From Chrysomallon squamiferum (Eukaryota; Animalia; Mollusca), in the NCBI GenBank assembly GCA_012295275.1, contig CM022673.1, positions 6,820,001-6,884,000 of the forward strand: DNA of 64,000 nucleotides, read 5' to 3'. A program made the translations under genes and the position numbers. Under the pieces are notes generated by a model that saw nothing but the letters and a program-made list of their open reading frames with translations, had not been told where the DNA came from and made no database searches. Of this stretch, positions 14,384 through 29,219 are shown in pieces. Numbering within the stretch: position 1 is the stretch's first letter; every line of letters begins with the position of its first letter.

Positions 14384-14450
14384 ACTTACCGATTTTGAAG
14401 AACAATATATATCAGTAGTCGTTTGGAAATGAAGACGAAGAAAAAGAAAA
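14384..14450 (-). other. 3' end of a candidate non-coding 5' exon (donor after 14390)
   Basis: Minus strand TTCAAAATCG|GTAAGTAAAA, a near-consensus donor; no useful ORF. Confidence 0.35.
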
Positions 14451-14988
14451 AGAAAACCTGATCTTCTGTCCCCATTTTTCCAAAAATAAAATATAAAAAC
14501 AAAACTCCCCCGATATTAAAAATAAATAAATAAAAAATAAAAATAAAAAATAAAAAAATAAACAAAGTAAACAAATTATCAAGCAAAGAATCTAATATAT
14601 AAATGAATAAGTAAATGTTGATTAAAAACAACAACAAAACCCACAAAAAAAAAGAAGAAAAAGGATAAACTTGATAAAAACAACAACAACAACAAAATAA
14701 TAAAATTAAATAAAATTAAAAAAAAATAATTTGAAGTAAGAATGAAAATTGACCAGTAAACTTCCCAACAGACTCACAGACAAACACACCAATTCTTTCC
14801 AGCGCACCCACGCTAGCATTCGCCCGCGTACACTCCCACCCACACCCACCCACCCACCCACACACATATGCACACACACACACTGTCATTATTCATCGTA
14901 TAGTCCTTCTTCCCAAAAATAGAAACTAAACAACAATTATAATTAATAAAAAAAGAATGAAAGAGAAAAATGAAGCAGAGAAGCAACA

Positions 14989-15108
<120 letters not shown>

Positions 15109-15299
15109 GTAGCAAATAAAGTAAGCAACAGGATAAAGAAAAAAAAAAAAAAAAAAGAAAAGAAAAAAATACTACTAAAAATAGCACAGACTCTATTTAT
15201 TTTTAACAAATGATTTTTATGGTTTTTGTCACTTTCGTTGTACCACTCACTGCACCCCACCAGAACTAACACAAAACCCACCATCACGATCACAAAACG

Positions 15300-15500
15300 C
15301 CAGGGACTGAAATAAAAATTCTATTGACACGGGCAGGGTGTCGGCAATTTAACCAGCCAATGAAAAGGTCTTATCGCCTCGATGTCATACTTATTTGCAT
15401 TTTCGGGGATTCACCTTCCGATAGTAGTGAATACATTAAACGGAATAATTTCGGTGACCTTTCTAACAGGTGTGTCATATGTTCTTGCAATTTTATAGCC
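15300..15500 (-). promoter_or_regulatory. Candidate upstream promoter for minus-strand transcripts
   Basis: Inr-like TTTCAGTC on the minus strand (+1 about 15308), with CCAAT at 15357-15361 and octamer ATTTGCAT at 15393-15400 upstream of it. Confidence 0.35.
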
Positions 15501-16676
15501 CTTTTTTTCACCCCTTTCCCCTTTTTGCCGTAAGAAAGACAAAGTATATATATATTATACTGAATTGGAATGGAAAACAACAACCAAAAAACACTTGTAA
15601 AAGTGTATCTTTCTAATTGCAAGCAATAATGACAATTTCGACATGGGTATTGTGTACGTACGTATGTATGTATGTATGTATTTAAGAATTAACGTATACT
15701 GGCATTATATCTGTATATATGTTTGTGTGTATGTGTGGGAGTAATCTATTGACACAGTAGATATTATGGCATAACAAAATAAACAAACAACCCCTAATAA
15801 TGATGATAATGATGATGATGATGATGATAATATGTATAATAGTAAAGGAATCATAATCGTCATCTTAAAACAATAAAATACCTCCAGGGTAAAACAAAAA
15901 TAAAAAAGGACACAGCAACAGTTTGAAAACATAAATGTTTACTTTAAATTTTTTTTTTTTTTTTTTGGTTTTAATAATAAGAATAAATGACCACCAAAAG
16001 CCAGAATTTGAATTTAAATTTAATTTTTAATTTAAATTTTCAACCTCTTGCTTTGCGTATCACTTTTTTTTTCCTGTGCTGAAACAGTCGACTGATAATA
16101 CCCAATTGAATACGTTACAGTCTGAAAATATTTGACGATAAAAATCTCAGTATATCTGTTACTCCGTATGTGTTTACAGTGGTGTTTATTTTTATACGCG
16201 TGACATATCACGCAGAGCAAATCATTTCAATGAACTGAGCACTGAACAAATGCCATAAACAAATCAAGGTCAAGGGGCAGCGATCCGCAGCTACGAAACA
16301 CGAAAATAGAGTGATTCACCCTTATTTATTATTACTATTTATTTTTGTTTCCGTTTTTTTTTTTTTTTTTCGTTTTTTTTTTTTAATTGTGTAGATCTTC
16401 TGATCATCAGATGAAAACTGCAGGAAGAATATTAAATTTATAACCTTGCCAGTTCAGTCAATTGGATAGTGTGTTTACCATTAGAGATTGGCTGTAACTA
16501 AACGGATAATATTTTACTGACGGGAAACATCTATTTATAGAACAAGGAAACTTAACTCTGGATTAACGAATCATAAGCCGAACTCGCAGATAAACAGATT
16601 TTATTGTTCAACTTTTGATGTCCGTATTTGGCATAACCCTGAGAAAACTTGTTGTCACACACACACACACACACAG

Positions 16677-16743
<67 letters not shown>

Positions 16744-17208
16744 GTTCAATGATAGTAAATATAATCGAATCACAGTAACTACAATATCGATACACATTTA
16801 TACATTATAAAAATAAAAATATATTTTCTGTTTTTGTCTGAATTACTTTTAAATAAAAATGAAACGGGTAATTATAGTATTAACTTTATATAAATAGCAA
16901 CTGCAGTAACAATATTCCAACAGACCGCTAGTAGAAGCAGCGATAACAGTGCTGTCACATGACATATAATCCGAGAACCAGTGGAAGAGATACGTGTAAT
17001 ATTTCTGAGTTGCGTTTTTATTACAACATTTGCTTCACTAAATAGAAAAGTAAATGAATATATAAAAGTATCGCGGAAAAAACCCAATAACAAACAAAAA
17101 GCACTAGAAAGAGATGGATATATATACACACATACACATGAAATGGAGAAACAGAAAAACAGATTATGGGAGAAAGATATTTCAAGTGATAGTAAAAAAC
17201 GAAAGAGT

Positions 17209-17318
<110 letters not shown>

Positions 17319-18069
17319 AATGTTTTTGTAGTAATGTTATGTTTGAAGTGTTTTATATTATTACTATAACACGGTATGATAGTTCTCTGTACGTTTATTT
17401 ACGTCAAATAAACAAAACGTGTTAAACAGGACATTTTTTTCATGTCTTCACCAGTCACCTATACTCTTTAATGTTGATCTACAAACATACTACATCGTAT
17501 TACTACCAAACACTCTTTGATGAAAGCTTGTGGCAAAAAAAAAAAAAAAAAAAAAAAAAAAACAAGAAGAAGGAAGAAATGAAAAAAAGACTTGAAAATC
17601 AAACATATTCTTTATCTCACTGCGACCAGGTTCATCTATTAGAATTCATTTATCTTGAACACGTAAAAGTTTCCAAACACGATGAAAAGATGCGGCACAG
17701 TGTTAGTCTATAAACATGGCTTCATCCGTCTGATTGGTTGCAAGGGTTAAACGTCTTCAAGGTGTTTTCCCTAATCTAGCCTTCGTGTTTTATTGTTCTA
17801 TTGGTTTTTACCCGTCACACACTGAAATGCTCTGAATGATGATGATTTTTTCGTACGAGAGACCAGGCAGACCTGACACTGCTCAGTCTCTGCAGGAACC
17901 CGTTCCAAACGATTGCACTGTTTATGATAAATTAAAGATCACTTGGAAAATGTCATGTTGCGAATATTCTGCATCTGTCCAAAACACAATAATACCTTCG
18001 TCGGAGGAAAAGACGAGCGAAAAATACAAAAGGTGGAGAGAGAGAGAAAGAGAGGGATGTGAAAAAGAG

Positions 18070-18102
<33 letters not shown>

Positions 18103-19301
18103 TGTAAAAAGATGTATATGCGTAATTGTAGAATTATTTTTATGCGTTATTTTAGAAGTCTGTGCTGTTTATTTAATTTTATTTGTGATGAATAATTATG
18201 GTAATTAAAAAACCAAACAAAAATGACACCCCACTCCCAGAAACAAAACAAAAACACCCCCACCGTCACACATATACACAAAAACAACAACAACAACCCT
18301 GCAAAAACCAACAATAACAACAACCACCCCAAAAACCCTAAAAAATAACATTAAAAAAAAAAAGCAAGCACACACTCACACACAGACAGAAAAAGAAAAG
18401 AAAAGAAAAAAAGAAAAGAAGAATCCAGAAGGAAGGATGGAAATAATTATACGACTGCGTATAAACAAACTTTCGCTCTCACAGACACAGGTGTTAAAAA
18501 AGACCATACAGAATTAATTTTCTAATTTAAACTGATCTCTATATAATTGTTATCTGAGAATGATTCATGGCAACAGCTGACATGGTAATTTTATCATCAG
18601 CGCCTGAAAAAAAAAAAAAAAAAAAAAAAAACATTTTCAAAAGCTTCAAACCAAACAGGAACAGACGTTATTTTAAGACTAACAATGGACAAAAACTACC
18701 GGTGGTATAACAATTCCGGAAGAAGTCCTTCATCAGCCAATCAGATGGCAGATTTAATCAAATAACGTTGTCCACGGAGTTTTTCATTCACCTGCCTCCG
18801 ACGGCCTTTTCAGATTTCCTCGTTAACTTCGTTGAATTAACCAGACTATTACAACACACTGTTTCGTTCCAACTGCGAAACGCAAAAATACGACTGCACA
18901 CAAAAGAATCCTACAGTGGTGTATAATGTTTCGTATATTGTTTGGAATTCGTACGTTAGGCTCTTTTCTTTAATTATTTTTGGAATTTTAATTTAATTCT
19001 CTTTTTTACTTAAATACTTTTTTTTAATTTTTTTTTTTTTTTTTTTGGAATAAAATTTTTTTTTTTTTTTTTTTTTTCTGTCTCTGTATTAATAATGTGG
19101 TGACTGTTTTACTTGAGAGAAAGAAATAGAGAAAGAAACAGATAGAAAGAAGGACAGTTAAACAGAGATAGAAAAAAGAGAAGCATAAAAATATTAGACA
19201 GAGAGAAGCAGAATTATACAAAGAAAACAAAAAAAGGAGAGAAAGAGACAAAAGTATATAGCAAGATAGACAGGTAGACGTATGTGTGTATGTGTGTGCG
19301 T

Positions 19302-19395
<94 letters not shown>

Positions 19396-20604
19396 CTCAT
19401 CAGATAGAAAAATAAGATAATGGAAGATTATAGGACAGAGAGACTTAAAATAAATAAATAGATAAATACACACACTTATATATATACATACAACATACAT
19501 ACCCAACATACATACATACATACATACAAACATACATACATACATACATACATACATACATACACATACATACATACATACATACACACACCCACACACA
19601 CACATATACATGCATACATACATACACACATATATACCAAAATAAATAAATACATTTTGGGAAAGACTAATCAAAATAATAGTTCTAATTTTATATTATG
19701 ATTTAATACCTAATACGACATCGTCAAGGTCACATAATAGAACAACAAACGACTTCCCTAAACATTAATTTTGTGTTAGAGACGGCTGCTGTTGTAAACT
19801 GCCATGTACTGGCGAAGAGATCCAATCCGCCATATTGGGTCAGATTGTGGGATGGCGCAACGCTTTGCATTATACTGGTCCATTTCCTTATTACACGTGT
19901 AGCCAATGAAATTGCAGATTATTATTATACGTTATTAGAAGATGGGGAAAGAAAAAATAAAGAAATTAAAAATAAAAAAAAAAAATAAAAATAAAAAAAT
20001 AAATATATATATATATATATATATTATAATAATAATAATAAAAGAAGGATTGAAATAAAAAAATATATTAAATAACTACAACTGCTACTACTACTACTGT
20101 TACTACTACTACTATTACTACTATTACTACTACTACTATTACTACTACTACTATTACTACTACTACTACTACTACTAATAATAATAAAGGAATAATAAAT
20201 ATAACGATAAAATGAACTTATAAATTAAAACAATAATGTAATTTAATAATTTTAAAAGTAGAATAAACAAACAAACAAACAAACAAAATAAAGAAAGAAA
20301 GAAGGAATTAGAAGAAAAATATTGATATATAAAAAATAAAGATAAAATAAAACTAAAATAGAAAAAAGGAAAGGAAAATTAGGAAAAAAATAATAATTAA
20401 AAGAAAAATTAGAAGAAAAAATATTAGGAATAATAATAGATTGGGGAAAGTGAAAAACACATACATATTTCTTTTCTTCTTCTCTTCTCTTCCTTCATAT
20501 ATTCTTTCATTTAGTCTTTATTTGTCGCTAATGAATCGATGAAGTCTTTAAAGGTGAATGTAATTATTAAAAAAATATGATTTCTTTCTATCTCCCTGTA
20601 TGTT

Positions 20605-20661
<57 letters not shown>

Positions 20662-21693
20662 ATTCACATGCACGCGCACAATTAAATACAGCCTGATGTA
20701 TATAAACATAACTATGCACACAAGCACAACATTCACATATATGTAACATATACACAGATCCACAAACGTATAACTTTTAACTGATATATCCGTATGTTCA
20801 TACATACAAATTCACACATACACATATACCTAAACGTACAGTTGTGATCACACTTACACGCACAAAACACAGACACGAAGGAGTCACACATACATGTTCA
20901 TAAAGAGACAGACAGAAACAGAGATAATTTTTTCTTGTTCTTTTTCTTCATAAAATTAAATCCGGTTTGAAAAACCATATCGAGCAAATCAAGATCAAAA
21001 CAACAACTATAGAATTTAAATTTAAAATCAAAATTATGAAGCTCCTCACCAAACACCCACCTAATATGAAGAAAGAAAGAACGATAAAGAAAAAAGAAAT
21101 AACAAGGAAAAAAAAAAAAAAAGGGGGAAAATAAAAAGAAAGAAAGAAAAAAACCCACAAAAAAAACCTCAACAAAATAAAAAAAAAAAACGAAACGAAA
21201 AAGAGAATCTAATCAACCAAATATTCTTTATAACATCGGTAACAAATAGTAACTGCGACAGCAACAGCAACAGCAACCGCAAGAAATCATTGATATTAAT
21301 TTTCAGACTCGACAAAACCGTGAAGCCAAACGACTGGTGAAAACATCCGTAAACAGACCTCGTTTGGTTTGTTCCTGATTACCTACTAAGAGGTCGTTAC
21401 ATCACTGACATACTTAAACAAAACAAAACAAAACAAAACCCAAAACAACTCGCATGTCATATCATGATTCAAATGTATTGGATTGATATCGGTTTCACGG
21501 TTAAATGCGCGGGAACGTTCACGACCGTTTTTTACATGTGGGATTAAAATTAAAATGAGACCCGTTAAATTGATATTTCAAATAAAACAAAACATCATTT
21601 CGATCATAAAAAATGAAGATTTTGATTTTTAATTAGTTACTGATTGCAAAGGAGATGGTGAAGGTCATAGATAGATAAATAAATAACAACAAC

Positions 21694-21795
<102 letters not shown>

Positions 21796-22791
21796 CCCTA
21801 AAAACAACACAAATTCACCCCCTATAAAACAGCCTTCAGTAAAAAAAAAAAAAAAAAAAATATAAATATTACTACAACATAAAAACAAGTTAAAAACAAC
21901 AGAAATCGGTTAGCTAAAACAATGGGAAGAGGTCATCAAGTAAACCGCCTGTGGATTTATGAATTTGTTTTATCCTTTATCCTAAGCTGATGACGAGAAA
22001 GATAAAAAAAAAAAGACACACATTGTACGCTGTCGTCTGCTGCAAATAAAGTAGGCGCGCGAAATAATGGAGAAACATCTGTAGCAAGTCAAAGCACGGA
22101 AAAATACTAAAACCATCGAAAAAGTGTATAAAAAGCGACTGACTAATTTTTTGACCTAACTGGAAACCAAACCATCACCACCAACACATTTATATTGATA
22201 TCATGTATCATCGAAATGCAGGAATGAATGAACAAATGAACGAACGAATGAAGAAATAAATGAAAGAATGAACATCGTATTTAAAACATATATATATATA
22301 TTTTTTTTTTATATCATACAGCTTGCTCAAAGTATTACTTCAGTGACCTAGTTTTTATACTACGAATACTAAATTATTAATTATAGAATTTGTCAGCTAT
22401 CACTTTTAATATATTATTATTTTTTTAATATTTAAAGATCTCGCTTATCAAGTACTGTTTGTCATAAAACATTATTTACTAATGTTTCAGTATCTAAAGG
22501 TTTTTTTCCTCCTTGAAACTAAGGAAAGAAAAATTACTGGGATAATTGCATGAGTTGTAATACGCATGAGTTTGCTATTCGTGAAATGAGCCACACACAC
22601 ACACACACACACACACTCACGAATTCAGTGTGTATGTGTGTGATTGTTTTTATATCTATCTTTCTTTCAATCTCTATATATCTGCGTGTTTGTGTGTTTG
22701 TGTATCTATCTATAACAATACGTGTGTGTGTTTGTGTGTCTTTATTAATGATATTTGTAGTTTCTAACACACACACACACACGCACACCCA

Positions 22792-22900
<109 letters not shown>

Positions 22901-23538
22901 CAAATAAAAACACACACAATCCTCATGCTCCATCTGTTACATTACATGTAACACTAAAACTTAAAAACGTGTGAATGTGTAAACAACAAGTAACCAATGA
23001 AAAATTACAGGTAGCCGGAAGATAACAGTATTACAGAACTCCCGGATCTATACATTTTAATGCAATGAACCTTTTCCTATACATCATTTTTAAAAATAAT
23101 AACCAAACAAAAAAAACAAAAATTTTTTTAAAAAAACAACACGTTTTTGTTAAAAAATACAACCCCACCCAAAAAAAAAAAAAACCCATTAGAATTGAAA
23201 ATCTATAAAATAAGCAGGAAAACCCCTTGTGGTCTACGGTTTGCTTGAACGTTTTTGGTTTCATGGAGTACGTTCAGTTTAGAAGATTTTACCTGTGGAA
23301 GAAGCGTTCAGGTAATGCTATTTAATTATTTTTGATTTGCACTGGTCACGTAATTATCATGACCAAATCTACATTCTTGTAGTATAACGTCCACATGTAT
23401 TATACTGCATTGGTTAATTGTGTATCTTTGTCTGTCTGTCTGTCTCTGTCTCTGTCTCTGTCTATCTGTCTGTCTGTCTGTCTCTCTGTCTGTCTGTCTC
23501 TGTCTGTCTCTGTCTCTCTGTCTCTCTCTCTCTGTCTG

Positions 23539-23651
<113 letters not shown>

Positions 23652-24254
23652 TATATATATGGCTAGAATAATAGAAGGATAGATTTATCGATGTAATGTG
23701 TTAGAAATTTATCTTTATATTAATAATACTATTTACCATTCTAATAGGCGTGTGCCAGTAAATTTATAATTAAATCGTTAATAACTGTAAAGGATAATAA
23801 CCCACCCACTACAATTTTTCACGTGTTTTTTTAAAAAAAAATTTTAATTATTCTAAAAAGAAAAAATGTATGTGATTTAGCTTATACTGCATTATCACAG
23901 AAGATAATCTTAATATGACAAAACAAAATGGAGGTAAAACAAAACAAAAGTCATCACAGAAAATGAATTCTCGAGAATCGCCCATAAAACACCAACGCAG
24001 TTCAAAGTCCTTTCTAATAAATTTATCGCACTTTTATGATTATAAGTAAGTGGCCCTCGGCTACAGACAGCAAATGTACGAACACAAACCCTGACAGACT
24101 AACGCCTTTGCACAGACAGTAAATGTGGTAGGAGGCAAACTAGGACACGAACTTCTTCTTTTTTTTTGTTTCTAGTTTAAATACACACCTGAAGAATTTG
24201 ATGAACAGAAATGGGTTAAATGATGTATGTATGTTTTTATACGTGTGTAGGTAT

Positions 24255-24545
24255 ATGCATATACACAGTTAGTTTATACACACACATGTATACATATACA
24301 CAGTTAGGTATATGTATAAATACACAGTTAGCTGTAAACATATACATAGCTGTAAACATATACATATACACAATATACACACACATGTATACATATACAC
24401 AGTTAGCTGTAAACATATACATATACACAGTATACACACACATGTATACATATACACAGTATACACACGCATGTATACATATACACAGTTAGCTGTAAAC
24501 ATATATATATATACACAATATATACACACATGTATACATATACAC
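24255..24545. repeat. Irregular minisatellite built from TATACACAGTTAGCTGTAAACATATAC and CACACATGTATACATATACA modules
   Basis: Modules recur several times between 24260 and 24540. Confidence 0.85.
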
Positions 24546-24724
24546 AATATATACACACACACATATATATATACATATAAAAAAACATAATTATACATAC
24601 GTACATTCATACTTTCATATATTCATTTGTGCAAGTTCACATACAAACATATATATACACATACATTCATACACACATATATACACAAACACACACACAA
24701 CACACACACACATATACACACACA

Positions 24725-24762
<38 letters not shown>

Positions 24763-24924
24763 TACAATATTTCAGTAAAATGTCTTTATAAACGGTATAT
24801 TCTAAGTGTTATTCCTTTCTTAAGACTATGCCAAGAAAATTAAGTGTGACAATAAATTTAAATGTGTGCTGAGATTTATGAATTCAGTAAAAAGACTCGT
24901 ATTTTCGTTTAGATATTTTACTTT

Positions 24925-24963
<39 letters not shown>

Positions 24964-25251
24964 AGAAGAAAATTCACAAGTATATGTTAATAGGTTGAAA
25001 CGAAATAAACTGGTTTTAAAAGTCACGTATGTAAAATATTTTCTAAGATATTTCCGCTAAATGGTAATGCTTGAGAACTGAGTTGAGGTTAGATACTATT
25101 GCTTTACTTGGTAAGAATATATTATCTTAGATTTTTCTAGTAAATAAACTAAAAACAATTGTTTAAAATGTGGACGTATGTGTTTTTGAGCGTTTATGCA
25201 TTATGCGTTATGCATATTACTGTATGTTTTTGTGTTTGTTCGTATGTTACA

Positions 25252-25288
<37 letters not shown>

Positions 25289-26219
25289 GTGTGTCTGTGT
25301 ATATATATGTTTGCATGTATGTAACTATGAATATAATTGTGCTCATACTACAACAACAAATACGAAAAACACAAACAACAAAAACAAATCAAAACAGCAT
25401 AAAAACAAACAAACGAACACAAATGAACAAACAACAACACAATAATACTTTTTTCTTAGAACGTTCAGATGGTAGCGTAATATAAAACAGTAGATTAATT
25501 AATTTAATTTTGTTTGTATTTATATATTATTCATTCTATGATGAAACAGCATAAAGATATAAAAAAAGAAGAAAAGAAAAAAAGTAAATGAACCGGATTA
25601 TGGACAAAATCATAAACTGATTTCATTGCATAGTTTACATTTATTAGAAATGTGTTAGAAAAATATGAGTTTATCATTAATTATATTTGACAGCTGAGAA
25701 TATCTCCAACTCGTACACTTCCAAATAATAAAACTATTTAAAGAACACATTTTTTAAACCATTTAATGCTGTGGTTTTTTAAATTTTTAATTTTTTATTA
25801 TTATTATTTTTATTTTTTCATTTATACATACATATTTGCCCTATTATTATGTCACAAGGTAACGTCAGAAATAATTGCAGATAATTGTTTTGCGTATGAA
25901 TTGGCAGCTTCGGTGTTTGCGTCTGTGCGTGTCTTTGTGGAGATAGTTACGTACGAAATGCCGGATTTATACTGTGACCCTGCGTACATGCCTTCTTGAT
26001 TACGTGACTGCATCTGTCGCAGGATACGTTCGTCACTGTGTTATTGCTTGCAGGCGTGTATGTATTTGTACGTGGTTGATTACATGTTTGCATGTATATG
26101 TGTCTGTACACATATATATATATATTTGTGTGTGTGTGTGTGTCTGTGTGTATATCTGTGTGTCTGTCTATGTGTGTGTGTGTGTCTGTGAGTGTATGTC
26201 TGTGTGTGTATATTCAAAT

Positions 26220-26271
<52 letters not shown>

Positions 26272-27166
26272 TTGCAAATATGTGAGGCAGTACGTGTGTT
26301 TATGCGCGTACGTTCTTAAAATTTGTTTTGGAAATCTTGATTTTGTAATTGTGGCACGTAATCTTTGGAACAAAAACAGCACAGTTTTCTTCCCCATTAG
26401 CAGCAACACGTTTTATGATAGCACCATCCCATTAGCAGCTTTTAAAATATAGTCAGGGAATTCTAGTTATGACGGGAAACAGCAAAATGTATAGACTCAG
26501 ACTCTATGACATTTTAAGCCCTAGGACAAGTAACCACATATCTGTATCTGTTTTGAAAATATGAAAAAGTCTTTGCAATAAAATTAACGTGGTTTTTCAA
26601 ATTAAGTAAAGGCTTACATCTGAGTAAATGTTTACATTCATGACAGCGTCGAGTGGTTTGTTGATTTAATCGTATAAAGTATTCGAAAATATGTCTTAGG
26701 AATCCTACTATACAGTAAGAGTATGATCTAAATATGTGATACAAAAAGACCTGATAATTAATGTGTCTGTTAATAATACAGGATAAAGAGGTAATATAAG
26801 GGGAAAAAAACCTTTTGGAAATCCTACACAAATCACACCTTCTTAAAGATCACGGATGTAAATGTATGACAGAAAAAAATACAAATAAGGAAAATAGTTT
26901 AGTTTTCGGCTTAGTTCAAGTAGCTCTGGTATGTTCTTTGTATAATTTTTGTAAGGTTTTGAATTTCTATATCTTTCATATTTTTAATTCATGAACATCA
27001 AAAAAAAAAAAAAAACACCCACAAAACACCCCCCCCACACACACATAGACACACTCACACTGACATCTTTGAGATTTTTTGTTTTCTCCTCTCCAAATGT
27101 CCACGCTTAAAAATTAATCGGTTCATAATGACAGTTGAAACTATACATATTCAACTAATTACACCA

Positions 27167-27345
27167 TTAAGCATACTTATTACACTTGGTAAATTTGTCA
27201 AACAAACTCGACATTAAATAGAAATATAAAATGCTGAATTTGTTAACTGGATTTGCTGGCTCAAGCTCTTCTGTATCAACGAACTCCTTCTCCCCATAAT
27301 GTCCAAACAGCCTCTGGGCAAGCGCTTGATGGACGGTCACTGATA
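27167..27345 (-). CDS. Candidate exon (phase-1 frame xSVTVHQALAQRLFGHYGEKEFVDTEELEPANPVNK...*), unknown product
   Basis: Strong acceptor TGTTTTAATTTTCAG ending at 27346, followed by an abrupt GC-rich, repeat-free stretch open to TAA at 27167. No recognised homology; it could be non-coding. Confidence 0.35.
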
Positions 27346-28145
27346 CTGAAAATTAAAACAAATGTAAGCCAAGTGTAGACAGGATCACAGTTTCTACGTT
27401 ATAAATCAACAGAACAGAGAATGTTTGTTAGTCTCTTTGTCTCCGGCTCTATTATAAACACTTCAAAACAGGCTACGCGTTCTAGTATTTTCTTCCTATG
27501 TACGTTGTCCCTTTTATGTATGAATATATATATATATTTTTTTATTTGAGGTTGTATGTATGTAATTATATGTATACTATTTGAAAGTGTATGTGTTTGT
27601 AATCCCTGAATACTGTCTGTGTACATGTATGAATGTGTGTATGTGTGTGAACATATCTGTGTATGTCTTGGTGTATGTGTGTATGTCTCCAAGTTTGTGT
27701 ATGTGTGTTTGTGTACTGTGTGTGTATATAGATATACGAATATATATTGTTGTATGTGTATGGGTAGGTGTGTGTATCTGTATGTATGTATTTTAGGATG
27801 TGTATATTCTCCCTCTTCTGTACGTCTGATTAGGCTCTGTACATGGACAATATTCGGGAACAATCTGTCCGAGGAGGACAAAGTCCAATCACGACCTGAC
27901 AAACCCCGCCAGATGTCGCTGACAAGACTGGACACCCATTTGCCTGCAGTCCCAAAACAGAAACCACTACCGGTCGAACATGAAGACAACCTTATGTGTA
28001 TATGTATGTGTGTGTGTGTGTGTGTGTGAACGTGTGTATATATATATATATGTATATATGAACGTGTATGTACGTATGTCTTTTATTTTATATAAGCTTT
28101 TACCACAAATATAAACACTTAACAATATATACTATTATCTCAAAA

Positions 28146-28178
<33 letters not shown>

Positions 28179-28512
28179 AAAAAGAAATTAATTATTCACT
28201 CTAACATTTATTACTCAAACTTTGATATACCGATTCTTCAAGTCATTTTGCAGTATTCTTCCTTGTTTTTTTTTTCTCACTGGTGTTATTTTGATTTATT
28301 GTTTTAAATTGCTATCATCTGCGTCAGGTTAGTGACAGATTAATATAGTTATCTATGTATACGTGTTTGTCTAACTCGTATCATTTCATGAGATGCGTAT
28401 AACCCTTTATAATATGGCGTCATAACCGTTGTCTGGTAAACGCCCCAGGAAATATTTGGCGTCTGTTGTTTTAGTGTCGGTTACAGTGATGTAGAGACGG
28501 AATAATAATAAT

Positions 28513-28602
28513 AATAATAAAAGACATGAAAAGGAAAGAAGGACGAATAAAAAGTAATAATAAAAGACATGAAAAGGAAAGAAGGACAAATAAAAAGTAA
28601 TA
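28513..28602. repeat. 43-bp tandem duplication
   Basis: AATAATAAAAGACATGAAAAGGAAAGAAGGAC(G/A)AATAAAAAGT present twice with one mismatch. Confidence 0.9.
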
Positions 28603-29205
28603 AATAAAAAAAAAAAAAAACAAGAGAAGAAAAATAGAGAAAAAAAAATACAATTTAAGAAGAAAACAAGATGATGAAAAGAAGAAAGAAGTATTAAAGG
28701 GAAAGAAAGGGTAGAAAAGGTAAAAGAAAAGTGAAAGAGAAAATAAGAAAAAAATATGGAAAGATAGAAGAATAAAGGAAGAAAGAAAAAAGGACAGAAG
28801 AAAAGAGAAGAAGAAAATAGAAAGAAAGAAAAAGATATTAAGAAAAAAAATGAAAATAAAAGGTTAATTATGTTGGGTGTTTTTTTTCGGTTTAATTTCA
28901 ACACTACCTTTTCGAACTGAAGCTGTAGGTACGTCAGCTGTTAAAAACCCACATATCATGAAATTTATAAAAATTGAAACACGAGAACAGATTTAGCTGG
29001 CGATATAGAATCAACCAATGTGGTTTAGTGGTTTTGTTCTAAAACAAAGACAAAAGTAATAAAAAAAAAAAAAAAAAACCTTTCAACACTTACTCAGCAT
29101 TCCTCAACAATTCGAGCAATTCAAACGAAATCAGGTGAAGAGAGGTTTGCGCCAAACAAACTTTGTTATTAAATAGACACTCCGGTCGCTCACACCTGAA
29201 TGCGC

Positions 29206-29219
29206 GTTGCTACGACAAC
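29206..29219. promoter_or_regulatory. RFX X-box-like motif GTTGCTACGACAAC
   Basis: 14-bp imperfect palindrome close to the X-box consensus GTTGCCATGGCAAC, inside a CpG island about 110 bp upstream of a minus-strand GTAAGT donor (29093-29088). Confidence 0.4.

Noticed and set aside
27280-27336. Neuropeptide-like KR-LPRGCLDIM-G-RR on the minus strand
   Set aside because: An in-frame TGA lies between the acceptor and this peptide, and no signal-peptide exon is evident.
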